A DNA stretch of 57,742 nucleotides from Blastocystis sp. subtype 4 (taxonomy: Eukaryota), in NCBI RefSeq assembly GCF_000743755.1, contig NW_014569514.1, forward strand, positions 1 through 57,742. The letters run 5' to 3'. The position numbers and the translations under genes are program-made. Numbering within the stretch: the first letter of the stretch is position 1; each line of letters starts with the position of its first letter. This document shows positions 37,001 through 51,273 of the stretch, piece after piece. The notes under the pieces were generated by a model that worked only from the letters and a program-made list of their open reading frames with translations, made no database searches and was not told the DNA's origin.

Positions 37001-40000
37001 TGAAGGCTCCTGATGTGGACTGGACATTGTCGACTGATCGTTTGGAAGATATGAACCCTGAGTGGAGTGAGTTTGATCCAGCGACTGGAGTCATAGAGTT
37101 AACATTCCGTTTCCCGATGGAAAATGGAAAGAAGACTGTAGTCTTGCCTCAAGGTCTATTTATCAAGAATCAGACCCTCTCACAGGGAATGACTCTTTCC
37201 TATTGGATGCAACAGGGTGAAGTCGATGTGATGCAATCTCTCACACTTCCTTGGGCTGAGTCGGTTCGTGAAGAATCTGTCCGAGAGGCAGTGTTCAGTG
37301 ATGGCTTTGTTGTGTCGAGTGGCAGTACTCCTACAAATCTGCTTCGTTTCGAGAACATGTGTCGTAGTATTGGTTACAAGATGGGTGCTTCCATACCTAC
37401 ATCTGTTAGCGTTGCTCTTATGGATGGAGACTGTGTGTATGGAGTACATGAGAATAGGATTATGGATCCTTATACTAATACGAACTCTGGATTTGAAGAT
37501 ACTTTGGAATTCGATTTCCTTCCTCCGATGGGTGAGGCTATGCTTGTAGATGAGATTACTAGCGAGAAACCTGAAACGAATCGTTTCTACTGGAATCATT
37601 CTCCTGTAGTGGCTCTGTTTTTCAATGAGCCCCTTGTTCATTTCAATGAGTCACTTCTTCTAATCACTGTCGATCATTGTGATATCGTCTCCGCCAGCCA
37701 TACGATTGAAAATGATCAGAGTATCATTCACTATAGCCTTTCGAACTGTGAGGAAGGACCTATTCGTGTGGATGTCGTGGATAACATCGTATTGCAGGAT
37801 AATGACGACAACCTCTGTGTGTCTCATGAGTGTATTAGCAATTTCCCGTTGTTGTTCGAGACAGACTATACAGCTCCTAACATCATTATCAGTACTGTTG
37901 AAGCATTATATGGAAGCGAGATGGATGTTTCCTTCGAAATCTCGGAGCCTGATACAACATTCACATGCAATTCAATTGGTATTGCTGTGGAGAAAGTGAA
38001 CTTCGTGGTTACTCAGGTTGATAAGTCAACTTGTCATTACTCCTTCACTCCTGAACCTGTGAATGGAACATACATTCTCTTGTCTGTACCTGCTGGTCGC
38101 TTCGTGGATAAGGCCTTGAATCCTAACGTTGCTTTCAAGCCTTTCGGTATCCCAGTCCTCAACAAGGGTGCTCAGATCTCTGTAGTTGCTCCTACTTTTA
38201 CGAATATGATGAAGACAGAGTTCACTCTCTCCCTCAACTACACATGGCTTTGTCCCAACTATGAGCACTTGTTCCCTTCAACCTTCCAGTATGATCGTAC
38301 TCTGGCCCATATTGAGAAGAATGACGAAGGTCAAGTCGTGGATGGAACCTTCATTCAGACTTTCTCTATCACTTTCCTGAACTTTGATGCGACTCATAAG
38401 GACCGCCACAGAAACATCCCTATTTACATTCCTTCCAGAGTGTGTATCAACCCACTCGGTCTCTACAACCAAGGAGTGACCTTCTATATGACTTTCGACA
38501 ATACGCATACTGTGCCTTCCGTCACATTATTAGACCGAGAGTCTGATGATAAAGACTTCACTGTGGATATCACTTTTAATGAGGTTCGTAGTTTTGGAGA
38601 GAAGGAGCCTAAGGAATATGTGGTTGTAAGTTATGCCAATCAGACGTTGAATTGTAATGTGACTCGTCATACTGAGGCCGTCTCTTTCACTTACAGAGTC
38701 AAGTGTCCTCTGAATGAAGAAGGAAACGTAAATGTGACTATTCTTGATGGTGCTGTGGTGGAAGTAACAGGTACTCCTTCACAGACCTTCTCGAAGTTAC
38801 TGCGCATTGATAGATATCCTCCTATGGTGGTTATATCTTTTACTAAGGGAAACACTTTTGGTCCTGATATTATCGAGCTCCCAATGCTAATGAATGCCAC
38901 AGAGGTGATGACTGTACCACAAGATAAGAATTCCAGCTGCTTCGGGATAGACCACGAGAAAGGCATTAAGGTCCAGGTGAGTCCTCTTCCTTCTCAGGTT
39001 GCGAACTGGGAAGTCATGGTGACAATGATTCGTTTGTTCTCGGAGCTCCAAGCTGGTTCGTTCAATATCTACATTAAGGAGCATTGTATGAAGGATGAGG
39101 ATGGGAACTACAACGTCCAATCGAATAACCTGACCTTCTACTATGACTTCACAACTCCTAACGTTACTCTAAATTGTCCTTCTTCGACTGTATGGCGGAG
39201 TATGACTATTACTGGAACGATGGACGAACCTTGTCACCCACTCACGGAAGCCAATATCGTTATGCCGGATGAAAACTGCTCTATAGATAGCGGTAGTCTT
39301 AGTTCGACTGAGACGGCCTTCTCCTTTACGGTGTCTTGCAGTGTGATTGGTAACTACCAGTTCGGTCTGCGTGGTGTGAAGGATCTGGTGGGTAACGAGG
39401 CTCGGATCATAGGTGTGTGTAATGGAAACTTTACGGTGAATGGACCTAGAATTGATTACGAGATTCGAAATCTGGTTAATGATAGATATATCAACACTCC
39501 TTCGTTCACAATCTATCTATCTGTTTCTTCTTGTGCTTCAATGAATCTTACCGAGAATAATGTGATCGTCGAGAATGTGAAGAACCTGCAAAGGACACGA
39601 ATGGCTACTTGCCAATGGAGATTAACTGGAAGTGCCGAGGAAGATGGTCGGGTGCTGATTCGTGTATTATCAGGTGCTGCTATAGATATATATGGAGCCC
39701 CTTCCCTTTCGTTGTTGATTGACGACTTCTTTAGCTATCAAGCCAAGCCTGAGGTGACCACTATATCACGTAGTCTTCTGCCTTCAGGTATGACAAGTGA
39801 TGTGTATATCTGTTATGATACGAGTATTGTGCGTGGTGAGGGACATGTGCTGACAGATGGAGGATGTTCGGATGCTTCGGTAGATCGTGTTGAAGGTAAC
39901 TGTGTGTACATGCAAGTGGCAGTGACAACTGGAGAGCGTTGTTATCTGTATTTGGAAGAGGATCTCGTCAAGACTGCCTGGGAGTTGAGTTCAGTTGGTC

Positions 40001-43000
40001 GTTATGTATGGATTGGGATCGATGATCATCCTCCTGCTTTGAATGTGGTGGCTAGCATTGATGATACCGATTCATTACCTGTCCCAGATGCCACCGATTC
40101 TCACAAGCAACATTTCTATTTGAATGGTAACTTCGTCTTGAAGTTGGCTGTGGCTAGTTCTTGTCGTTTGGATCTGGAGAAATTGGATCTTGGAACTGCC
40201 ACTCTGACTGCGGTTTCAAAGTCTTCATATCTCGAGATTCCGTTTACATTCGATAGTGACGCTGATAAGGATATTCAAATCACTATGAATGAAGGTCTCT
40301 TGACAGATAGTTTTGGTCGTAAGAACGAACGAATGGTATATATGATTCACTATAGCAAGGCTATAGCTGTGGTATCTGTGGAGATGACGACCTATTCCAG
40401 TAAAGTACCCATCACAGCATCTGTGTCTTTTGATAAGGACGTGTATATGACTGCTAAGAATGTCATATCAATGATGAACTTTACATTTATTTCCACTAAT
40501 GCTCGCAAGTATGAGTTGGCCTTCGAACCTGAGGTGGAAGGTATGTATACCTTTGAGTTACAGAATATTAAAACGATATTTGGTAATCCTGTGGATAATC
40601 AATCGTACTCGTTCTACTATTACACAGAGCAACCCACTCTAACCAATACCATCCCTGAGATCGAGACGACAACAAGTGGTAATGGTCGAGATGGACTTAT
40701 CCAAATGTTCTTCAGCCATCATATGGCTGATCTCTCTGATACATCATTGGATGATATGTTTGTGTCTGAATCTGGATCGCTTTCGGAATACTTTGATTTG
40801 GTCTCAGCTACTGTGAATGAAACTGAGGTATCAGTTAAACTGACTCCAAAGTCTACTTCTGGAGACTATTACAGGTTCCTTGTGAGATTTAATGATAATG
40901 CCTTTGTGGACAGAGCAGGCAATACAGCTGTGTCGGCTAACTTCACTCTTATAATCGATAACCGTCCTCCTACTGTTACATCTGTTCTCCACAATGGTGG
41001 TGCGATCTTCTCTCGACTCCCTCTTTCTCTCGTGATCACGTTCTCAAGACCAGTTGTTCTGGCCGAGAACTTCGCTTCAATGGTGTCTGCATCAAGTGGA
41101 GATGTTGTGCTTTCCTTCTCTTCACCTAGGGCAAAGCTTGTAAGGGAACTCACTATGCCGGAACACGTAACGGAAGTCACTTTGGTCTCTGTTGAGAACG
41201 ATATTCCTCTAACTGTGGGAATGGAGTGGTCTGTGACTGTGGAGCCTGGTATTGCTAAAGATGAATATGGTGTGGTGATAGCACATAAGAATGAGACAAC
41301 TATGACGGTGACAGATAGGACTTTGACTCTGGAAACAATTGGATACGGCGCACAGAACACTTCTTCTGTGATGCTGACATTTGACAAGGAAGTATATGAT
41401 TTGAAAGAGGATAAGTTGACGTTGGTAAATGCTGATATAAAGGAGTGGAGTACGGAGGGTAAAGTGTTGAATCTCTCTCTCGAATGTGCTACACAAGGTG
41501 AGTGGTCGATTCATTTTGATGTTGCTGCTGTTGAAGGTATTGATGGGAGTTTGACAACGGAACCATTCGATGTTAAGGATAAGTTTGACAACATGCCTCC
41601 TATTGTGACCTGTGAAGTGCCTCCTACCATTGGTGCTGGACAAGTCAACATTACTTGTAATGCTTCGGAGCCCATTCAAAAGACCAGTTCGATATTCTCA
41701 GTGGTGCGCGATAGTATGGTGTTGGTTTCTACAGAGACACTGAGCGAGGATAGGTTGACTCTGTGGATTACGTTCGTGGCTGTAGAGACCTATTCTGCTG
41801 GTGAGAGTTATTCTGTGGTCATAACTTTGGATGACTGCCGAGATGATGCTGGTAATGCTTGTTCCCCTGTTCAGTACATAACAATGGTTGACTTTACTCC
41901 TATTCTTGTTAAGATGAGTACAAGCCGTGATTATCTTCATAACAACGAGACTGTCACAGTGACTGCCGACTTCTCCAAGCCTATTATTGCTGACAGTGTA
42001 GATCTTGTTATGGATTATGATGATGATCTGATTACATTAATTATGGAGTTAGACTCCATGGATGTGGCTCATCTGAGTTACTCATGGGTGATCAGGGTGA
42101 TGAGCACAGAGTTGACCTCGGATATCGTTCCTATATATTTCGAGATTCCTGCTGGAGTGGTCAATGATAAGTTTGGTAATGTCAATGAAGAGGGTTTGGC
42201 AACTGTGTATCTGAATGAGCTGTCGCCTGAATTGTTTGCTGGATGTCGACAGAATGAGAATATGATCGAGGTGAATGTTACGGTGCAGAATGGACCTCTG
42301 GGTCCGATCGACGCCGAGATGTTTGAGTTGTCGGAGAATATTCACTTCGATAAGGTTGTGTCCATAGTGTCGGATAATTCGTTGATGCCTGGTTCCTGGA
42401 TTCAGGCGAATCTCATGTTCATTGTGACATGTGAGACTTCGTGTTCTTATTCCATTCGCTTCCTTCATGAGAAGATCTTCAATCTGGCTGGTAATCAGAT
42501 GGAAGAGGATTTGTTGATTGATGGTATATTTGTGCGTGCTCCTGTGGTATCAGTGAATGTGAAGCCTTACTATTCGGCTGAATTGGATCAGCTTGAAGTG
42601 TCTGTGTCTGAGAGATCTGATATCTATTGTCAGCTCATCCAGTTCAATCTGCCAGAAGTGGAAGTTCAGCCAAAGTCGTGTTTGAATGCTCTTGAGTGTA
42701 TATGTACTGTCAACTTCGGTGCTGTCACCGAGATGTCCAAGGTCAGTCTGACCTTCCCTGCTCACTCCATTAGCAACGCTTATCATGTTTCCAACGAAAA
42801 CACCGTAGAGGTCTCTTTCTACTACAGTCCAGCACCTACTATGCCCTTGTTCTCCACACAGTGGGATGAAGATCAGCCTGTGGTGAATATCGACTTTACT
42901 GTGTCTGCTGGTTCTCCAGGTGTGAACCTTACAGAGAATATGATTCAGTGTTCAGGTTGTGAAGTCTTGAACTGGACTCTACTTGACACTGAAGCTGAGA

Positions 43001-46000
43001 TCATGATGTATTCGTTCCTTGTATCCTTCTTGGATGATCAGGCAAATTATGTTCGTGTGTATATTGAGGCTGCGACGTTCATCGATCCGTTTGGCCGTCC
43101 AAATTTGGCTAGTGAGAAGGTACTTCGTCGTGACGCTGAGGCTGTAACGATTCAACAAGTCATTTACTCGGAAAAGCGTGATGATGTGTTAGAACTGGTT
43201 TTCTCGAAGCCCGTGTATCCTTGTGGTGGTAATGTGGCTCTGACTTGTCTATCGAATCATACTTACACCTACTATCGTAATAGTCAGCAAAATGAAGTCC
43301 GCTATTCAGCTCAGAAAGTTTATATCTCGTTGTTGCCTTATGGTGATCTCGATTATGAGGTGTCCTGGGATGAGACTGCTTTCTGCGACTCTACCAACTA
43401 TCCTGTAGCAACAGAGTGTACAGACTGTACCTTCCATAGTGCTCCGAATGTCCCAACTCCTCCTCTGTTGAGTGTGGAGGATGTAACAGCCCATAATGCT
43501 ACTATTCACTACATGATCACACACGATGGAGGTGAACCTGTCCTGTCGGCTGTCGCTTACGTCATGCCTGGTGCTGATTTGGCCCCTGCTATTTTCCGTG
43601 CAGATGCTGCCACAGGAGAGATATTGTTGACAGGTCTGAATGCCAATACAAACTACCGTGTCACGGTCCTCCTGAGAAACGTTTATGGTTATAGCATGCC
43701 GAGTGCTGAGCAAATCTTCTTAACAGCCCCTTCGACACCTGTATCTGCTTCTGATCTGCGTATCTGCGATATGGTGAATCCTACCAAGATTGGTGATGTG
43801 TATGTTTACAGTGAGGCAGAGGCTTGTTGGACACCTTCTCCTACAAATGATATATTCTATCGTCTGGAGTTGAGTGCTTTGATTGATGGTGTGGCTCAGG
43901 ATCCTGTGGTGATGTATGAGGGTGTGAACACCACGGCTATCATTACAGTTCCGGACCATGTCACCTCATATCGTCTCACCCTGACAACCGTGACCATGGG
44001 TCAAGTAGAAGAGGGTGAGGACTCTGTGAGTGTGTCTGCAGACTTTGTCACTGAGGTGAATCGAGAGAATGTCGAGAAGTTCCCTCAGGGAGTGGGTATC
44101 GTTGCAGTTGCGGAGCGTTTGACAGAAAGTTCGGTGCGTGTGAGTTTCACACACCCTCTGGAGAACTACTTCCGTATTGAGCGATACGAGATTTTGTACG
44201 GAAATGTGGATGATAGGACAGTGACTGCTGTAAGTCTAGCTCGTGAGAGCTATGAGTTCCTTATGGATAAGTGTGTTAGTGATCAGGTCATATTGACGGT
44301 GCGTGCTGTGGTAAGAGATGACTTCGGAGGTATTCCAAGCAATCGTGTCGTTGTGTATTGTAAGAAACCTCGTCTCCAGCTGGTTACAGACGTTGGTTAT
44401 GATTACGTGGCCTTCCGTGTGACGAGTGAAGTGGCTACAACAGTAACATGTAGCTTGAAGAGTCAGTTCTCAGCCGAGATTTTGGCTACGCGGGCTCTGA
44501 AGGTGCATCCAGTGAATGTGGCTCCTTACCAGCTGTTTAAGAGTCTTTATCCTGACACTGAGTATACTATTGAGTGTTTTGGCTATGACCTGGACTTTAA
44601 CTTGATGTCTGGTTTGGCTTCTTTCCATACTCTCTCCAACTTTGTGTTGCCTGAATTCACTTTGGACGAGATCACGGAGCCAATGCTTGGTAGCTATTAT
44701 GTTGAAGTTCCTGTGGCGTCTGTGAGTGTGCCTGGAACTATGTATTGTGCTGCTCGTCCTATCGATCAACCTTTCCTGCTCTCTCGTTCTCAGTACATGA
44801 AGGAGGATCATAGTGCTTATGTCTTCCCTGGTCAGAAGGATGTGAAGGTGGTGGTGAGTGGTTTGAAGCCTGAGACTGAATATCGTGTGCGTTGTATCTT
44901 TGATCCTGATTACGATGCTGCAATAGATGTGACCCCTCGTCGTCTGGTTGACAGTGAATTCACGTTCAAGACTCCTGCTATCAGTACTCCTTCATGGAAG
45001 TCTATGCAGCCTTTCGGATCTGTAGCTGTTCCTGCTCATACTCAGCTTGTCCTGGAGGCTTCAATGCCTGTCAAGTCGTACCTGAATGAGCTCATTCTTC
45101 ATGGTGTGAAGAACAGTGAGAATGATGTGATCATTAAGAATCGGGACATTTCGATTGATGGTGCTGTGATTACGATTACTTTGCCTACTCTGGTCCCTGG
45201 AGAGGAATATGTTCTAGAGATGCAGACAGGATGCTTCATTGATGCTGTTTCGAACTTCCCTCTGCCTGGAGTGACAATTGCTGATGAAGTGGCTTTTATG
45301 GTGTTCAATGATAAGACCCTTAGTCTGGCACCTACATTACTGGATACGGAGCCTAAGACAGATTCTGTAGCTACAGTTCTGAATAATAATGTGATCTTTA
45401 TATTTGATCGCTCTATTCGTCTCGAGTCATCAGCTGAATTCCGTGTGCGTGTGGACAACAAGACAGTGTCGCTGAAGGCTGACCAGGGAATAGTTGACGG
45501 TACCATGTTGACGGTGCGTACTGGTGTCTACTTCCCTGAGGATTCTGAAGTGGAAGTGTCCATAAAGTCAGGTGTGTGCAGTCTCTATGGAGCTTGTGTG
45601 AGTGAACCAATGAAGATCAGCTTCACGGTGGGTAAGAAGAATTTCAATCCTTCAATGCTTGATATTGTCCCTAAACCTGGTCAGAAGCATGTACCCGCGA
45701 CGGAGGATCTGGTACTGACATTCAACAAGCCAGTTGTTCTGGATGACACATATCAGATGACATTTATAGATGAGAAGGACCAGATCTTCTCACTGAATTA
45801 TGGTGTGGAGAAGTCAAAGATCACTCCTCGTCTGAGTGTAGTTCGTGATGAGATTCGTGTGCGTGGAGATGCTATTCCTGGAGGTCATACATACAGAGTG
45901 CTTTTCAATGCAGAGGCAATTCATGATAGTGAGGGCCGTTCTGCCTATGGAGTTCCTTCAGATTATTCGTTCTCTTCTTCTCAATATGGCTGCAGTGGTA

Positions 46001-46116
46001 ATTATATCTATGAGAACATGGGAGACGAGTGTCAGTGCTTCATTACTAATGAGAAGTGCGAGTGTAGATGTGGTAAGGAGAATCTAGTTGACACTGTGAT
46101 TGGTATGTTCCTCTAA
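34041..46116 (+). CDS. Giant (~4,014 aa) secreted protein with many bacterial-type Ig-like domains, FN3 domains and a six-Cys C-terminal module
   Basis: Signal peptide MILVALLLLSCSTA; one intron 34357-34387 then an 11.7-kb open exon; recurring D.AGN and D..PP.V linkers (Big-type), GLNANTNYRV and GLKPETEYRV (FN3), Big_5-like C-terminal repeats. Confidence 0.88.
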
Positions 46117-46130
46117 ATTGTTGTAAAGAG

Positions 46131-46138
46131 TGTTTGTT
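46131..46138 (+). terminator. TGTTTGTT polyadenylation motif of the giant Ig gene
   Basis: Exact motif 14 nt after the TAA. Confidence 0.75.
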
Positions 46139-46163
46139 GGAAACAAGGTATAAAAGAGGTTTG

Positions 46164-48300
46164 TTACTTTTGATAACCATTATCTGAAGATGATCGATTC
46201 TGTACTGGACTCGTTCGCCGCCTATCAGCAATATCATACTGATATCGAGGAGGTGAAGATTCTCGCTTTCGATCTCTTCCAAAATTGTCATGATGTCGTC
46301 GCTCTCGATATGTGGTTCTTCGAATTGGGGAGATGCTTCGATGATGCTCTGGGGACCACCGAGGGGATTTGTGTCCTCGAAACTCTTCTCGTAACTGTCG
46401 TTGCCATCGAGGAGGAGATGAGCTTCGTCGCTGATACCTTTCCCGCGGGGATGAACTACGTTGGCGATATCTATGTAGAGATGGGCTCCTTCGAGATGAG
46501 CCTCTACGTGATGGAGACCAATTCACTTTTCGACGAGGAGGAGAATGAGAAATATTCTGTCGGTGATAACGAGAAGAGCTTCGACGTGAGCGAGAAATAC
46601 TTCGACGACGAGGAGAGATGCTGTAACGGGAACGAGAAATACTCCGATGCGAGCGAGAGATACTGTGGCGAGAACGGCTATAGCGACGGGAGCGAGAAGT
46701 GCTTCGATGAGATGGAGAGTGACTACGATGGCGTTGAATACTCCGATGAGACACACTTCGACGCCTAGAAACCTTAGGAATAGAAGGAGAACGATCCTGA
46801 TGGGAATCGCCATGAGCCAATGATTCTTTCGTAACCACCTCAGTTCTCTCCTTAGAATGAGAAATAGCTTTCTCCCTCTCCATAGTGCGAGAATTACCAT
46901 TTCGTGTTGACACTTCAGATTCCGTAGTGCTGGATTTCGAAGAATTCGTAGAAAATATCGCAGGAATACTCAGTTTCATATCTAATTGTGATGGGCGTTT
47001 CTCCAGAAGTGTTTTATCGAAGAATGCAAGGGAACCATCTCGAGTAGCCTTATGGATACTCACAGATTCGACACGTTGCAAACGAGTTGATTTGACTTGA
47101 AAACGATGAGTATTCAAAGATGCTGCATATGGCGGGAGATCAGGTGGATGGTTCCTAACTTCATCAAAATATGAGTTTTGAAGTAACTAGATAGAATAAT
47201 CATTCATAGTTCATACTTGATCAGCAGAAAGACGTTTATCAGGTGCAATTTGTAACATACTTGTTAACAAATTCATGGCTTCTTCTGTCAACCATGAAGG
47301 ATTACAAATTCCGACAATTCCACTACGATCCTTTAAATGCTTTTCGAGATTTGGTTGATATCGTTTTTGCTCATAATGGGACTTTCTAGGGAATTAGAGA
47401 AATCAACAGAATTACTTCACAAGACCCTGAATATATGGATCATCAGGCAGACCACAGGCTTTAAAAATCACATGCAATTCTTCTTGCTAGACATTACAAA
47501 AATGAAGAATCCCAACCTCATTATTTGAGTGCGTAGGGAATATTGGAGTTCCTGTAAGGAGTTCTCCAAAAATACAGCCAGCAGACCAGATATCAGCCTT
47601 AGTATCGTAATGAGTTTCACCAAGGAGTAATTCAGGAGGTCGGTACCACAGCGTCATTACATTGTTTGTATAGTGCATATCATCTCCATATTTCAGCTTC
47701 CGAGCAAGACCGAAGTCGGTTAGCTTTATAACATGAGTATTACTCACAAGAATGTTGGATGTCTTCAAATCACGATGCATAATCATGTTTTTGTGAAGGT
47801 ATGATAGTGCATTCAGCAATTGGTACATATACCACTTTACATGAATTGCAGAGTATCTAAAAATGAATCAAATCCAATAGACTATACATAGGCAATTTGC
47901 ACTCTTTGGCTAGTTGAAGAATGCCCCACATGTCATGATCTACGTAGTCCATGATCATGCAAATGGGATTCAGTTTTGTATAGTCCATAGAAAGGTTTAC
48001 TACATCGGAAATGTCGACAAACACATACCTTGAGGAGATACAATATCGAATAACTTCACAATGTTTTCATGATTCGTACTCTTTAAAAATCGAATTTCAC
48101 GAATTGTGGAAACGCTGACGCCATTGCTAAGTGAACTATCACGAAAGCGGATCTATGTCTAAAGAAGAAGGAGAACAATATACAAATTTGATAGCACAGA
48201 TCTTCCCATCACTAGTATTCCTCGCTTTATATACATCACCATAAGTTCCCTCTCCAATCTTGTCCAGCAACTCAAATCCCTCCAATGAATAGTCCTCCAT
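46164..48300 (-). CDS. CDK9/12/13-like cyclin-dependent kinase with a C-terminal RS domain (start may lie up to 48438)
   Basis: [68 protein letters not shown]-rich tail. Confidence 0.9.
46575..46697 (-). repeat. About 6 imperfect 21-nt repeats encoding SRSRxSI heptads
   Basis: [35 protein letters not shown]. Confidence 0.8.
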
Positions 48301-48457
48301 ACTTACACAACCACTTCCAATAGATCTGGCTGAATAGAAGAGATTCAAAGGGCTATTTGAGCGATCTGATCGTTTATAGATTGTCCAAATTAGCTCTATT
48401 ATTGTAATACCAAAATCGTCTGGATTTGTCATTTCCATACTAGTATTATAAGAACCC

Positions 48458-49229
48458 ATGGAAAAACAACTCTTGATATCTACAGGGATCGTGAAAAATG
48501 CCAGTGGAAGTGCCTATGTCGAATTAGGAAACATGAAGATTCTGTGCTCTGTACATGGTCCTAGAGATACATTTCTGATGCAAGGAGTGAACGAGAAAGG
48601 AAAACTCTTCTGCGATTTCAAATATGCCCCTTTTGCAAAGAAAGACAGTTATGGAACTGGAGGTGAGGTAATTTTGACACTTCCACTTCATACAATAGGA
48701 TCGTGAGACTCGATCGATTTCTTCCCTTCTTGAGAAGACGATCATGTCCACTGTTGATGTTGATTCATTCCCAAAGGCTGTTGTAGAGGCCTACGTTCGA
48801 GTGTTGGAAGTAGATGGAGATCCTCTTGGTTTGTCGATGATGTGCGTTTCTCTTGCTTTAACAGATGCGGGGATTAATTTGTTTGGACTCCTTGGATGCT
48901 CTTGTGTGGTATGGATGTATATTTAATCTTGACAATTAGAGTGTGATGAAGGATAACTCGATTATAATAAATCCTACCTCCTCTGAAATAAAAAACTGTA
49001 AATGTTATACAACTATCGCTATTCTGAATTCCACCAAAGTTGGCATGTTACTCCCACTTTACTGTAGGAAGTAGTTTACGTATCCCACTGTGGAGCAGTG
49101 ACACCGGAGATTTGTGCTATGGTTTATTTGAATTTGTTTCCTTACTGGTAGAGTATATCGAAAGCTGTTGAAGAGTCATCACGGCTATGTATAACAATGC
49201 GTGATTACTTGATCCAAGTCAGTGCTTAG
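48458..49229 (+). CDS. EXOSC6: Exosome RNase PH-like subunit Mtr3
   Basis: [69 protein letters not shown]. Confidence 0.8.
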
Positions 49230-49292
49230 TGTGTTTATTTAGTATTTGTTTGTGTGAAGACTCCCGCTCTTTTTCGAATTGCCACATTCCTA

Positions 49293-51273
49293 ATGGAGGA
49301 AGCATCTTCAGACGTGTTTCGCATCCTGATTGCCACAGACAATCATTTAGGATACAGGTAGCTCTGTAATAATTCAAATGATATATTAGAGAGTCGGATC
49401 CAATTATCGGAAATGACTCCTTCCAAACGTTTGAATTCATCCTAAAGACTGCTGTAGAAAAGAAGGTTGGTTGATTTAGAGTTCGTTAAGTCTTAGGTCG
49501 ATTTTCTCTTGCTTGGAGGCGATCTGTTTGATGCCAATAAGCCATCAAGGAATACCCTGAATAAGACAATTGAGTTGCTTAACAAATACTGTTTAGGAAC
49601 CGGTGACATTGATTTCACGTTCCTCCCAACAGAAGACTCTCCCTTGGTTACTCTGTGAGATTATATGAGTTTTCTAATGGAATAGACCAGTTAACTATGA
49701 AGATGAGAATCTAAACATTTCGCTTCCTGTCTTTGCTATTCACGGAAACCACGATGACCCAACTCGTGAAGTAGAAATACCTATATCGTATGATGGATAG
49801 GGCGCAGAAGGAGAGGCTCTGTCTGCTCTAGACATTCTCAATTCAACTCGTTTAATCAATTACTTCGCCCGTGTTCAGAAGTGAATTCGTTCTCTTTCTT
49901 TCATTCTTAGTGTTGATAATATCCAGATTCGACCTCTTCTCTTCCGGAAAGGCAAATCTCGTTTGGCTATCTATGGAATGGGATATGTTCCTGATGAAAG
50001 ACTCTCTAGGATGTTTGAGCAACATCGAGTAACATTCTTTAGGCCACCTGAGGAGGATCAATGGTTCAATCTGTTTGTCATCCATCAGAATTGTGAATCA
50101 CGTCCTAATATGCGTTCAATGCGTCTGGATTTGTTACCCCAGTTCCTCCAGCTTGTCATCTGGGGACATGAACATGAATGCCGGATTAACCCTTCATGGA
50201 ATGATGAAGGAGTGAGAACAGAACACAATTCTGATAAGTAGAAATTCTACACGATGCAACCCGGTTCTTCATGTGTGACATCACTAATCGAAGCGGAGAC
50301 AGTACCAAAACATGTTGGCTTAATTGAAATCCAAGAAAAGGATTTTCGTGTACTACCAATTCCCATTCCGAATGTATCTCTCATCATGTGCTTTTAGGTA
50401 GATGCGTCCTTTTTTCTTCCGTCAGTTGTCATTATCGTCATATAGGCAACTCAATCCTTCCTCTCCAACGATCACATCAGAAATAGAGACCCTTTTTGAC
50501 ACTGAAATGGCGAATATTTTGGGATCTGTATCTTCTGATTCAACACTTCCTCTAGTTCGATTATCGGTTGATGTAACTGGATTCCCATCTATTCCTATCC
50601 AAATCTATGGTGCCAAATATGTGGGGAAAATCGCTAATCCGAATTCACTTCTGAATTTGCGTCGCAAACGAGTTACCAACACTGGAGTGTCCCGGTCCGA
50701 AAATGATGAATGTGCTCCTGAGATTGTTGGAGGTAAAGCTCAATTCGACCTAATGGTAAGTTTGATTGAACACAGTGTAGCTGAAGCGGGTGGTTTGCAA
50801 TTGTTGAATGAGCGACATATGAGAGAGGCATGTAGGTGTTATGAGAGATATGTGATACAGTGTCTCAATTTGTGAATAAGGGTTGCTCTACTTCATGGCA
50901 TACGATGTTGGTTCATCTTGGACGATTAGTGGGGACAATGACAGAAACTCTAGATATGACTGGATCGGATCCTACCAGTATTCTAAAGGCAATTAAGGAG
51001 GTTGATGTGGGAAGTGGAACTGATCTCTAGAAGTATGATAAGGATGGAGTGGAGTATCTTTCTACACTGAGGTAGAAGAATGTAGGTGGAATTAATTGTT
51101 AGTCGTGATATGAACGTTGAGGAAGTGGAGGAAATTGTGGACCTCAATGAAGATTCTGACAATGGCCCTGCTCCAAAGAGGAAAACGATTCAGTAGGACT
51201 GAAAATAGTCATTCATTCTAGAAGGAAGCGAGGTGCTGCTTCTGGTCGTCAAACAAAAGGAGGAATTGTATAA
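49293..51273 (+). CDS. MRE11: Double-strand break repair nuclease Mre11
   Basis: [75 protein letters not shown]. Confidence 0.95.

Noticed and set aside
46190..46768. 192-aa acidic repeat ORF on the plus strand
   Set aside because: Antisense of the RS domain of the CDK.
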